DNA of 64,000 bases from an uncultured Methanosarcinales archaeon. GTDB lineage: Archaea; Nanobdellota; Nanobdellia; Woesearchaeales; DATDXC01. The stretch covers positions 11,143 to 75,142 of the forward strand of contig CAZDZV010000006.1 in NCBI GenBank assembly GCA_964510025.1, in the 5' to 3' direction. Shown piece after piece: positions 56,366-64,000 of this stretch. Every line of letters begins with the position of its first letter. Positions within the stretch are counted from its first letter, which is position 1. The translations under genes and the position numbers were made by a program. The notes beneath the pieces were generated by a model. The model did not search any database. It was not told where the DNA came from and was given only the letters and a program-made list of their open reading frames with translations.

Positions 56366-56495
56366 TTATAAATCTAATAAAGTCCTTTATTATAAACTTT
56401 GTTATTAAACTTTCGAAATATTACTATTTTCTTTGCAATGAGCCGTCTCATCGCCCCCTCTCTTCGCAGATCCTTCTATATACAATGCAAGCCTT

Positions 56496-57113
56496 ATGTA
56501 TTACATACTCCGAACGTTGCTTATAAACGATGGGAGCCTTAAATTAGGTGGTGATAAAATGACCTTGGAATATAAGCGTGAACCTCTAGAAGAGGATGAA
56601 GTGTTGGCTTTAAGGAGAGCATCTACTTTCTTTGAAGAAGAATTAGTTATAAACTGTCTGTTAGATACTGGCATGAGAGTATCAGAGCTTGCCAACCTAA
56701 GAGAAGAAAATATCTCCTGGCAAAGAAACTGTATCAGCTTGATAGGAAAAGGTAATAAGCGTAGGGTGATCCCAATGAGTAAAAGAGTAAGGCTACTCCT
56801 ATTAGACTGTTTTTCTCACAATAATACCAAATTTCCATTAGCCATGCGAACAATCCAAAAATATGTTAAAATCGTGGCAGACAAGGCAAGGATAAGAAAA
56901 ACTGTAAGCCCTCACGTGCTAAGACACACATTTGCAGTAACCTATCTTCACAGAGGAGGCAATTTAAGGGCATTACAGGCTATTCTAGGGCATAGTTCCA
57001 TAACAACTACTGATATTTACCTCAACTACTCAGGGAAGCGAGTTATTGATGATTTTCAAAGAATATGGAATGAGCCAGATACAAATAACAAGTTATTGAC
57101 GGGGTATTTTTAA
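56496..57113 (+). CDS. Short tyrosine recombinase (catalytic domain only)
   Basis: TGMRVSEL (Arg), HVLRHTFAVTYL (HxxR), GHSSITTTDIYLNY (catalytic Tyr). The likely true start is the internal ATG near 56559 (MTLEYK...). Confidence 0.7.
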   Translation: MYYILRTLLINDGSLKLGGDKMTLEYKREPLEEDEVLALRRASTFFEEELVINCLLDTGMRVSELANLREENISWQRNCISLIGKGNKRRVIPMSKRVRLLLLDCFSHNNTKFPLAMRTIQKYVKIVADKARIRKTVSPHVLRHTFAVTYLHRGGNLRALQAILGHSSITTTDIYLNYSGKRVIDDFQRIWNEPDTNNKLLTGYF

Positions 57114-57115
57114 AA

Positions 57116-58162
57116 ATGGCAAAAAACATCTTCTTTTTTATTATTAAGCATGGAGCTTTGCTTGGCATAGCATTTCCATTTATATTATCCATAAAAATAA
57201 GCACATCTCCTTTTGGTTTGGTACATTTAGTGTTAACCCTAATTATTTTGGAATACTATGCTTATTCCATACACCAGTTTTTATTTGATTTTCAGGATAA
57301 AAGAAGAAAGTTAAGAATAAAAAAATTTGAAGAGTCTAAACTGATTGATAAATTCCTAAATGCTAAATTAGATTACTCTAAATCTTCAGAACTATTAGAG
57401 TTAATTTCTATTATAAAGAATACAGAATTCTTGCCAAAATTAAAAGAAATGTATAATCAGAAAATCGAAGAAAAAATGATTTATGCTGAAAGACTACTTG
57501 AGAAATTACAGCACCAAGAAGAAATACAAGAACTTGAGCTGAAGAAAAGTCAACTTAATAACAACATTCAATATCTAATAAAGCAAGAAAAGGAGATGAC
57601 TCAAACAGAAGAAGAAAGGAAGGAAGATCTAAAGGGGGAGATGAATCTTGAAGAAAATAAGGTGTTTGAAGAGTCAGATCTTACTGATGAAAAAGCAAAT
57701 TTTCTTCTGGAAGAAGGATACGAACAAACCAATCAATATTCAATTATGGAAGAAGGAAATATCTCGGTTTATATCAAACCCGTACTTAATCATTCAAAAT
57801 CACATATGTTTTTGGTTTACGAATTAAAGCAGATTTTGGAACATTGGTATGAAGCTGAAAACATAGAAGAGCATCTAACAAAGGATGCAGACCTTACTTT
57901 CAAGTATAACAAGAAAATCTACGCTCTGGAAGTTGAGACAGGAACATTGCTGAAAAAGAAAGACCAAGCTAGAGATAAAGTAGAATATCTAAATAGGAAA
58001 TATCAAAACAGATGGATGTTCATAGTAACAAATAGAAACCAAGTGGCTAAATACAAGAAATTAGGAATAGTCAGTGAGAGAAAGCAGGTGACAAAAAATC
58101 TTGATAAGATGCTAAAACTCCGCACCCCCCTAGATCGGGTGTCTGAGGAATTTCCCGACTAA
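57116..58162 (+). CDS. Membrane-anchored coiled-coil protein with C-terminal PD-(D/E)xK/Hjc-like motif
   Basis: Two N-terminal TM helices, a ~150-aa coiled coil, then HMFLVYELKQ...DADLTFKYNKKIYALEVETGTLLKKK...RWMFIVTNRN, which fits a D...(E/D)xE...K restriction-endonuclease-like core. 3 nt after the integrase stop. Confidence 0.3.
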   Translation: MAKNIFFFIIKHGALLGIAFPFILSIKISTSPFGLVHLVLTLIILEYYAYSIHQFLFDFQDKRRKLRIKKFEESKLIDKFLNAKLDYSKSSELLELISIIKNTEFLPKLKEMYNQKIEEKMIYAERLLEKLQHQEEIQELELKKSQLNNNIQYLIKQEKEMTQTEEERKEDLKGEMNLEENKVFEESDLTDEKANFLLEEGYEQTNQYSIMEEGNISVYIKPVLNHSKSHMFLVYELKQILEHWYEAENIEEHLTKDADLTFKYNKKIYALEVETGTLLKKKDQARDKVEYLNRKYQNRWMFIVTNRNQVAKYKKLGIVSERKQVTKNLDKMLKLRTPLDRVSEEFPD

Positions 58163-58215
58163 AAAATCACTAAAATAGTCACTTATTCAATCTCCGTATA
58201 ATATCACTTCTTATA

Positions 58216-58977
58216 TTACATAAGGCTATTTTCCAGCTTCTCAATTTTTACAAGCATCTCGTACTTCTCTTTGAATTCTTCCATACTTAACTCTCCCTCC
58301 ACATACTTCATCTTGAGTGCTTCCAATGGTTCAATTGTAGATTCTTTTGTGGATTGCTTCGGCTCTCTCTTCGTACCAAAAGCCATGTTTATCTTGTTTT
58401 GTAAGTCTTTATTTGTAATGTAAGCATAGATTTGGGTAGTATGGATATCAACATGCCCAAGAGATCTCTGAACATAGTAGAGGTCGACTCCTTTTTCTAG
58501 TAGATAGGTTGCATAGGTATGTCTCAATGTATGAAAACTGTAAGCATACCTTTGCTGTCCAAGTTGTGTTTTGAAAGTCTCGATACTAAGCTTAGCTTTC
58601 AGAAGATATTTTCTAAAATGCTTGCTTAAAATGTTGTTAGCAAATGGTCTTCCAGAATAGTTTGAAATAAAATACTCTGATTCATCTGAAAGCCTGAACC
58701 ATTTCTCAATCAATGGTTTGACTTTTTCAGGTAGCATCACTACTCTGTCTTTGCTACCTTTTCCCTGTCTTACAATTACCCTTTCAGCTTCAAGATCAAC
58801 ATCTTGTTTTTTCAGATTGCAGACTTCACTTATACGCAGACCACAAAACAAGGCAATAATACAGCCCATAAATATATTTGCATCATCAATCTGCTCAAAA
58901 AGTGCCATTAATTGCTTTTTATTGAAAACATTAGGTAGTTTTCTTTTTGTATTTGGTCTCCCGAATCTCATCTTCAC
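58216..58977 (-). CDS. Tyrosine recombinase/integrase (XerC/D-like catalytic domain)
   Basis: GLRISEV (Arg), HTLRHTYATYLL (HxxR), GHVDIHTTQIYAYI (Tyr). Confidence 0.8.
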   Translation of the reverse strand: MKMRFGRPNTKRKLPNVFNKKQLMALFEQIDDANIFMGCIIALFCGLRISEVCNLKKQDVDLEAERVIVRQGKGSKDRVVMLPEKVKPLIEKWFRLSDESEYFISNYSGRPFANNILSKHFRKYLLKAKLSIETFKTQLGQQRYAYSFHTLRHTYATYLLEKGVDLYYVQRSLGHVDIHTTQIYAYITNKDLQNKINMAFGTKREPKQSTKESTIEPLEALKMKYVEGELSMEEFKEKYEMLVKIEKLENSLM

Positions 58978-59381
58978 ATCCTCGCAATAAGGTTTAATCC
59001 ATGATCCCTGATCACTTGGGTTACATCTTCAAACCTTTCCTGTCTTCGCTTTAAAGCCTCAGAAACCGCTTTTTTCTGCGATATAGTCCTCTGCTTGATC
59101 TGGAACTTGATGTCAATCGGAATCTTTTCTAAAAGCAACCATCTGTAAACCGTAAAGGGGTTATAGCTACTTTTGATAAGAAAATCATACAACTCCTTCT
59201 CTAGCCCAAGAACTAGAAACTTCTTCCTATTATAATGAAAATGAGCTAATTTACCCATAATCTGCAAGAAATCACGACTCTCTAGCTGAGGAAGACGACT
59301 ATATACCAATTTCCTCAAGCATTCTAGCTTCTGGACAAAATTTTTCTGCATATCTGCTTGTTTCACGACCGACACCCCCAT
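58974..59381 (-). CDS. Hypothetical protein 4-nt coupled upstream of the integrase (possible detached N-terminal core-binding domain)
   Basis: 135 aa, basic and helical. 135+253 aa equals the usual full-length integrase size. Confidence 0.3.
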   Translation of the reverse strand: MGVSVVKQADMQKNFVQKLECLRKLVYSRLPQLESRDFLQIMGKLAHFHYNRKKFLVLGLEKELYDFLIKSSYNPFTVYRWLLLEKIPIDIKFQIKQRTISQKKAVSEALKRRQERFEDVTQVIRDHGLNLIARM

Positions 59382-59507
59382 GTCAGCTCAATAAGAAAGA
59401 AAAGACCGACGTGAACTCACAAGATGCAGAATCTATAAATCTTTCTATTATTTACTATTAATTAGTAATAACATATCCTTAAAAATATTGGATTATCTAT
59501 ACAATAT

Positions 59508-59738
59508 ATGGATATCGAAGGGCCTGTATTCAGGATTATCGTAAAGCCGAGCAGTCCAAATAATAAGGTGCTTGGCTATGATAAGGCTAAAAAAGCATAT
59601 AAGGTACAGATAAAAGCAAAACCAGAAAAAGATAAGGCTAACATTGAAACAGTAAAATTTTTGTCCAGATTGCTTAAGAGAAAGGTAAAGATAATAAAAG
59701 GCTTCAGGAGTAAGCAGAAGATACTATCTTTTGAATAA
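59508..59738 (+). CDS. DUF167 (YggU/UPF0235) family protein
   Basis: 76 aa. IIVKPSSPNNKV ... AKPEKDKANIETVKFLSRLLKRKVKIIKGFRSKQK matches the DUF167 consensus (pattern ...G(K/R)AN..l...l...v.i..G..s..K). Confidence 0.55.
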   Translation: MDIEGPVFRIIVKPSSPNNKVLGYDKAKKAYKVQIKAKPEKDKANIETVKFLSRLLKRKVKIIKGFRSKQKILSFE

Positions 59739-61688
59739 TTTTCGCCTAACCAGGACCACCAAGATAATAAGGATACCGAAGATAGTCAGGAGGCCGCCTA
59801 AAATGTCAGCAAAAGTCTTTCCATAATAAAGCCTGACATGCTCTGATTCTGGATATACAAGCATAAAGCTTGGGCTAACCAGGTATACCTTATCCGCTCC
59901 TTGCACCTTCCAGTTAGGGAAGTAGGAAACCTTGATTACATGCGGTTTGCCTGTGCAGTCTGTCCTGAATATGATTTCTTCGTCGCTAATTAGCTCTTCG
60001 TTTATTTCACATGCATTATCGATCTTTTTTATGGCCATATTTTCAGCTGAATTCTCAAAGACAACATAATAGCTCAGATTAGACTGCTCAAACCATATCA
60101 TGGAATTTTTTTTCCAGTTCCTCCTCGGATATGTCAGTGGACGATATTTTGGAACTTCGATATATCCTGTCTGGCTGATTTCATATATCTCAATATTTTC
60201 TATCTTCTCCAAAAGCCGGAAACCTGGATGATTCCTAGCCTTGAATTTTACAGAATCAGAGGTAGCTAAGAAATATCTTATGTTGAATAGTCCCATATGT
60301 TTCAGGCCCCTGTCAATATCGACATCAGGGCAGCTCAGGCCCATGATAGGGCAGGAAGCATTTTCAGATAGCTCTGCCTGCATTATGAAATGGAAAGGTG
60401 CTGTGATAGATGAGTCTACAAACAGCCCGGTGATTACTGGTTTATTCGCAAAAACAGGTATAGTCTCAAATGCTCTTGGACTCCCGAATCTGTCATGAGA
60501 GTCGCTGTATTCGTAGAAAATCCTTCCATCAGGCAGATTCTTGAGATAATGTGTTAGTTCAAAGAAAGAACCTTCTTTTTTTTCCAAACCTTCATAGTTC
60601 CATTTTATCCAGCTGGGGGTGTACGCTGTTGTCAGGTTGGCGTATACTAGGACAAGAAGGACAAATAATACGATAAAAATCTCAGTATATTTGGTCTTTT
60701 CTAGAAGATTCTTTATCGGTATAGCGGCCAGAAGCAGCATGAACAGGTAAACAAAAGGTAAAAATCTCACGTTCCATATATGGCCATCTGGCAGTGCAAA
60801 AAAGACAACAAGGGACACAAAGACTATATACATAAAGAAACGTATACGCTCATCCTTGAAGTATAGGATAGCCCCTAAGATTGCGACTGCATAGAAGACA
60901 ATAAGTGTGGGCGGAACTAGAAGCATGATGTTATGCAGCTGGTTCCAGTTGTAGGAGGTTGTATAGCCTATCTTAGCCATGAATGGAACTGACCAGAAAG
61001 CAGAAAGCGAAAAAGCCAGCAGTCCAATTTTCGTAAGATAGACAGAATTATGCTTCAACCTCCTTTGTAGTAAAAAAAAGACCGAGCCTAACGCCGCTAT
61101 CACTGCAACAAAAACATGCGTTAAGGCTATGGAAGCCAGCAACACCGAGTTCAAAATGATATGCTTCCTATGCTTAATGCCATAGTAGAGAAAACCGAAA
61201 TACACCAGCAGTAGTGAAATTGCAATGCTGTGACAAAACTCGCCTGCTAAAGTGCTGGCAATATTACCCCCATACATAGAATGGCTCTCTAAAAAAAGGA
61301 AAGGCAGCACCAGGACAGAGGCTATGACTGGCTTTCTTATGCCCATAAGCTTGAACATCAGATAGGCTGAAGCTGGTAAGGAAAATATTCCTATGACTGT
61401 AATGATCCTAAATGCCAGCTCCAGCGGGATTACATAGGACAAGCCGGCAATTAGTAGAAAAGGCAGCTGGAAATAAAACTGAAACATTGGCAGCCCTGCA
61501 AACCAGGACAAAGAAAAACCTGAAATCCTGCCTTTACCCAGGCTCTCCCTCATAAATCCTGCTGCATGATAATGTGATATAGTGTCTCCTCCAGCCACAG
61601 CCTCAGACTGAAAAACCAGCTGCGGGCTGAAGTAAGCAAATAAGAAAGAGTAGATTATAACCAAAATCAGCATATCTATGTATTTCAT
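59724..61688 (-). CDS. Large polytopic membrane protein with C-terminal soluble domain (possible ArnT/PMT-like glycosyltransferase-C fold)
   Basis: About 13 TM helices in the first ~400 aa, a ~230-aa extracytoplasmic C-terminal domain, and a final TM. No WWDYG (AglB) motif seen. Confidence 0.3.
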   Translation of the reverse strand: MKYIDMLILVIIYSFLFAYFSPQLVFQSEAVAGGDTISHYHAAGFMRESLGKGRISGFSLSWFAGLPMFQFYFQLPFLLIAGLSYVIPLELAFRIITVIGIFSLPASAYLMFKLMGIRKPVIASVLVLPFLFLESHSMYGGNIASTLAGEFCHSIAISLLLVYFGFLYYGIKHRKHIILNSVLLASIALTHVFVAVIAALGSVFFLLQRRLKHNSVYLTKIGLLAFSLSAFWSVPFMAKIGYTTSYNWNQLHNIMLLVPPTLIVFYAVAILGAILYFKDERIRFFMYIVFVSLVVFFALPDGHIWNVRFLPFVYLFMLLLAAIPIKNLLEKTKYTEIFIVLFVLLVLVYANLTTAYTPSWIKWNYEGLEKKEGSFFELTHYLKNLPDGRIFYEYSDSHDRFGSPRAFETIPVFANKPVITGLFVDSSITAPFHFIMQAELSENASCPIMGLSCPDVDIDRGLKHMGLFNIRYFLATSDSVKFKARNHPGFRLLEKIENIEIYEISQTGYIEVPKYRPLTYPRRNWKKNSMIWFEQSNLSYYVVFENSAENMAIKKIDNACEINEELISDEEIIFRTDCTGKPHVIKVSYFPNWKVQGADKVYLVSPSFMLVYPESEHVRLYYGKTFADILGGLLTIFGILIILVVLVRRKLFKR

Positions 61689-61689
61689 C

Positions 61690-62868
61690 TCAGATATTCA
61701 AAATTCTTGAAACGTTCTCCTTGATTCTTTTTTCAAAATCTGAAACCTTCTCGCCCTCATTTCTTCCGGTAGAAAGCACCTTCATAAGTTCTTTTGTAAT
61801 CTCCAGATTGCCTGCATTTTCCCTGATAAGCTTATCCTCAATATCCTCGACACTGTCAGCATCTATCTTAATCTCATCAAACTCCTTGGTTGTTAAGGAT
61901 ACGGTATTTTTCATGACAAAATATGCTCCTTTATCATATATCATCTGGATGATGCTCTTAAAGTCGATATCAGAAGGTTTCCCTGTCTCCAGCACGCCGC
62001 CTAACCTTATGGTCACGATTGTATTGATAAACTCCTTATCCTTGATTTCGTCCTTAAGCATCGATTCCACCTGCTCCACGGTCCTGTGGTCGCATTCCAG
62101 CTTTATAGGATAGGTGTTGTAGATCTGCACAGGTTCCCAGCTAAGCTGGCCTTCTTCGTAAATATAGAAGCCGCCGTTTCCTAGTTTTTCCAGCTCCGAG
62201 AAGTTGTTTGGAAAAAGCGGCCCTGGATATGAGATCATACCATAGCCTTGCTCAGCCTTATTGTAGACAAAATGTGGATGTCCGCCAGCGTAGTAATTGA
62301 AATTCCTTGGAAGCAGGGAGATGGGTTGCGAATCTGCATTTTGCATCTCCTTTGGCTTTAGCTCTGTCAGCAATGAGTGGAACATGAAAATTTTGAAGCC
62401 ACCTTCCTTTTCCAGAGGATCCCGGTTAAGTTCTTCATAAAAACCCTTTTCAAGGCCCCCTCTTTTGCCCACCAGCCCTGTAATCTTTGCTCCTGTAATC
62501 TCATCTATGGTGAACTGCAGGTCCAGCTTCCCGTCCTTTACCTTGCCTCTAGCTACGTTTATGCATAAACCAGCATTTTCGAGCACATCCAGCATAGTCT
62601 TTCCAGAAGGTGAAAAATCGTGGCTGCCTGCAATTATATAGAAAGGGATTCCTTTGTCCTTGATCTCCTTGAGCTTTTTTGTGACCGCTTTAAGCTTGTC
62701 GATGGCTGGCAAAGAAGTATTGAAAAGGTCACCTGAAACTATGATAAAGTCGACTTTTTTGCTTGCTGCAAGGTCAATTGCCTTTTGGAATGCCTGCAGG
62801 CTTATGTTGTTTAGCTTAGGGTCTCTCCAGCTGCCAATATGGCAGTCTGCCAGATGAGCGAATTTCAT
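61690..62868 (-). CDS. mre11: Mre11 DNA double-strand-break repair nuclease
   Basis: Phosphoesterase motifs HLADCHIG (I), GDLFN (II), IIAGSHD (III), and downstream His motifs (HSLL, GGHPH). Confidence 0.85.
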   Translation of the reverse strand: MKFAHLADCHIGSWRDPKLNNISLQAFQKAIDLAASKKVDFIIVSGDLFNTSLPAIDKLKAVTKKLKEIKDKGIPFYIIAGSHDFSPSGKTMLDVLENAGLCINVARGKVKDGKLDLQFTIDEITGAKITGLVGKRGGLEKGFYEELNRDPLEKEGGFKIFMFHSLLTELKPKEMQNADSQPISLLPRNFNYYAGGHPHFVYNKAEQGYGMISYPGPLFPNNFSELEKLGNGGFYIYEEGQLSWEPVQIYNTYPIKLECDHRTVEQVESMLKDEIKDKEFINTIVTIRLGGVLETGKPSDIDFKSIIQMIYDKGAYFVMKNTVSLTTKEFDEIKIDADSVEDIEDKLIRENAGNLEITKELMKVLSTGRNEGEKVSDFEKRIKENVSRILNI

Positions 62869-62901
62869 ATTAGCAGGTAATCGACAAATATATATAAAGA
62901 T

Positions 62902-64000
62902 TTATGATAATTTGATGCCGCTAAAATCTCTTGGGCTATCAGATTTATCTTTCCTGGAAAAATTATCGAAGAGGCTGATCTTTATAGGCGTGGCGAACCT
63001 AGCGAAGTTGCTTGAAAGGATAGCTTCGCCCACATCTAGCGAAGCGATGTTCCTGTCGTCCTCGCTAAGATCCTGGGCTGCTGAATCTATGATGGCCTGT
63101 CTTTCAGGCTTCATCTCTATGCCCAAGATTATCTTAGTATTTATATTTGCCAGTATCTGCCTCGGTATCAGAGAGGGCAGCTGCGTTATGGCTGTCAGAC
63201 CAACTTTAAATTTCCTTCCTTCCCTAGCGATCGTGGAAAATATATTTGGACCTTTTTCCAGGACTTCCTTGCCTAGCACTCTGGGTGCTTCTTCTAATAT
63301 TATTGAAATAACAGGCTTGTCCCGTAAAGTCCCTTCTGTTTTGTAATGCTTGTATTTGTTAAAGACCTCTGTGCTAATGAGGCTGCCGATCAGGATCTCT
63401 ATTTCACCAGCATATCCTGAAGTGTCTATTATTACTGTTTTGCTTGCTTCAAGCTCTTGGCCTATATCCCTTAATGTCGAAATCCCGCTCTTAAGCTGGA
63501 AGATACCGTTAAAAAATAGCTGGTTATCTGCAAAATCAATATCCAACAGCCTGAGCATCCTTCTTCTTAGGACAGCAAGTGTAGCTTCATTGAACCCATC
63601 CACTGGTTTCTCCAGGATTATGGCTTCGATCCATTTTTTTTGGTATTTGTGATAAAAGGCAGCCAGGCCTTCCCTTTGGGCCTGCGACCAGTCAACGACC
63701 CCGTTGAAATGTGCAGGTCTGATGAGCTCCAGGTTTATCCTAAGGGTTTTGCCCCCGGGAGGGGCATCTTTTGGCCGGTAATATACGATATTATTCTTAG
63801 TAGGGTGGTTCTTTATCCTACCATAGTACTCATCATGAGGATCAAGGACAAGTATGCCGCAGTAATCCTTGTCGATGCTGTCCCAGAGCATGCATGACAT
63901 AAGGTTAGATTTTCCTTTTCCTGTTGTTGCAGGAATAAGGATATGATGTGAGAAAGCCTTTACACCATCCAGGTATATGCCTACATCCAACACCTTGCTG
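62902..64000 (-). CDS. herA: HerA-type FtsK/HerA-superfamily ATPase, 5'-truncated by the window edge
   Basis: Walker [13 protein letters not shown], Walker [11 protein letters not shown], and a C-terminal arginine-finger region. Immediately upstream of mre11, as in archaeal herA-mre11 operons. The N-terminal HAS-barrel region must lie beyond 64000. Confidence 0.7.
   Translation of the reverse strand, partial: SKVLDVGIYLDGVKAFSHHILIPATTGKGKSNLMSCMLWDSIDKDYCGILVLDPHDEYYGRIKNHPTKNNIVYYRPKDAPPGGKTLRINLELIRPAHFNGVVDWSQAQREGLAAFYHKYQKKWIEAIILEKPVDGFNEATLAVLRRRMLRLLDIDFADNQLFFNGIFQLKSGISTLRDIGQELEASKTVIIDTSGYAGEIEILIGSLISTEVFNKYKHYKTEGTLRDKPVISIILEEAPRVLGKEVLEKGPNIFSTIAREGRKFKVGLTAITQLPSLIPRQILANINTKIILGIEMKPERQAIIDSAAQDLSEDDRNIASLDVGEAILSSNFARFATPIKISLFDNFSRKDKSDSPRDFSGIKLS

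Larger units (their letters stand above)
52037..59381. mobile_element. Putative integrated element / defence island: AT-rich R-M+OLD cassette plus two tyrosine recombinases
   Basis: Two tyrosine integrases at 56496-57113 and 58216-58977. The cassette at 52037-56365 is visibly more AT-rich than flanking housekeeping genes. Gene content is entirely defence and mobility. Exact att boundaries were not identified. Confidence 0.5.

Noticed and set aside
62902-64000. HerA versus conjugative VirB4/TraC-like or FtsK ATPase
   Set aside because: Immediate 5' adjacency and co-orientation with mre11 favours HerA. No other conjugation genes are present.

Overview
Low-GC archaeal chromosomal segment. Archaeal identity rests on aIF5B, aEF-1beta, TFS, Trm1, RtcA, a NIP7-like protein, a DUF460 protein, archaeal-type RibC/RibK and an mre11-herA pair. 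The AT-richness and the surface proteins with C-terminal TM anchors and polylysine tails are compatible with a DPANN-like or other low-GC archaeon; that placement is inference. The window falls into six parts. (1) 1-9.7 kb: accessory cell-surface protein genes, including a LamG/Cys-repeat protein, sequon-rich membrane proteins and a long coiled-coil protein, plus a 250-bp AT-rich iteron-like repeat array. (2) 9.7-18.7 kb: conserved informational genes, namely a DUF371-like protein, a PUA/MCT-1-like protein, a NIP7-like protein, aIF5B, Trm1, aEF-1beta, a 55-aa Zn-ribbon gene missing from the ORF track, and RtcA, followed by a translationally coupled ParB-like/PHP phosphoesterase pair. (3) 18.7-46.2 kb: a ~27.5-kb single-strand surface-glycan locus of tightly packed, often overlapping genes. 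It has about 9 GT2, 6 GT4, a GT25-like and three GT8-like transferases, a Wzy/O-antigen-ligase-like membrane protein, an SGNH hydrolase, a hexapeptide acetyltransferase, an MsbA-type ABC exporter and a bacterial PglC-type phosphoglycosyltransferase. Most unusually it carries three sulfotransferase-like genes. (4) 46.6-51.8 kb: a riboflavin cluster (ribH, an unknown gene, archaeal ribC, RbkR-like ribK), a DUF460 protein, signal peptidase and TFS. (5) 52.0-59.4 kb: the most interesting region. It is a strongly AT-rich island bounded by two tyrosine recombinases. It carries a DpnII-like cassette (REase, Dam-class MTase, beta-class MTase) with an OLD-family ABC-ATPase/Toprim nuclease inserted between the two methylase genes and 4-nt coupled to the Dam gene. 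A membrane-anchored coiled-coil protein with a C-terminal PD-(D/E)xK-like motif lies between the convergent integrases. (6) 59.5-64 kb: a DUF167 protein, a large polytopic membrane protein, mre11 and the 3' part of herA. No rRNA, tRNA or CRISPR array was recognised.
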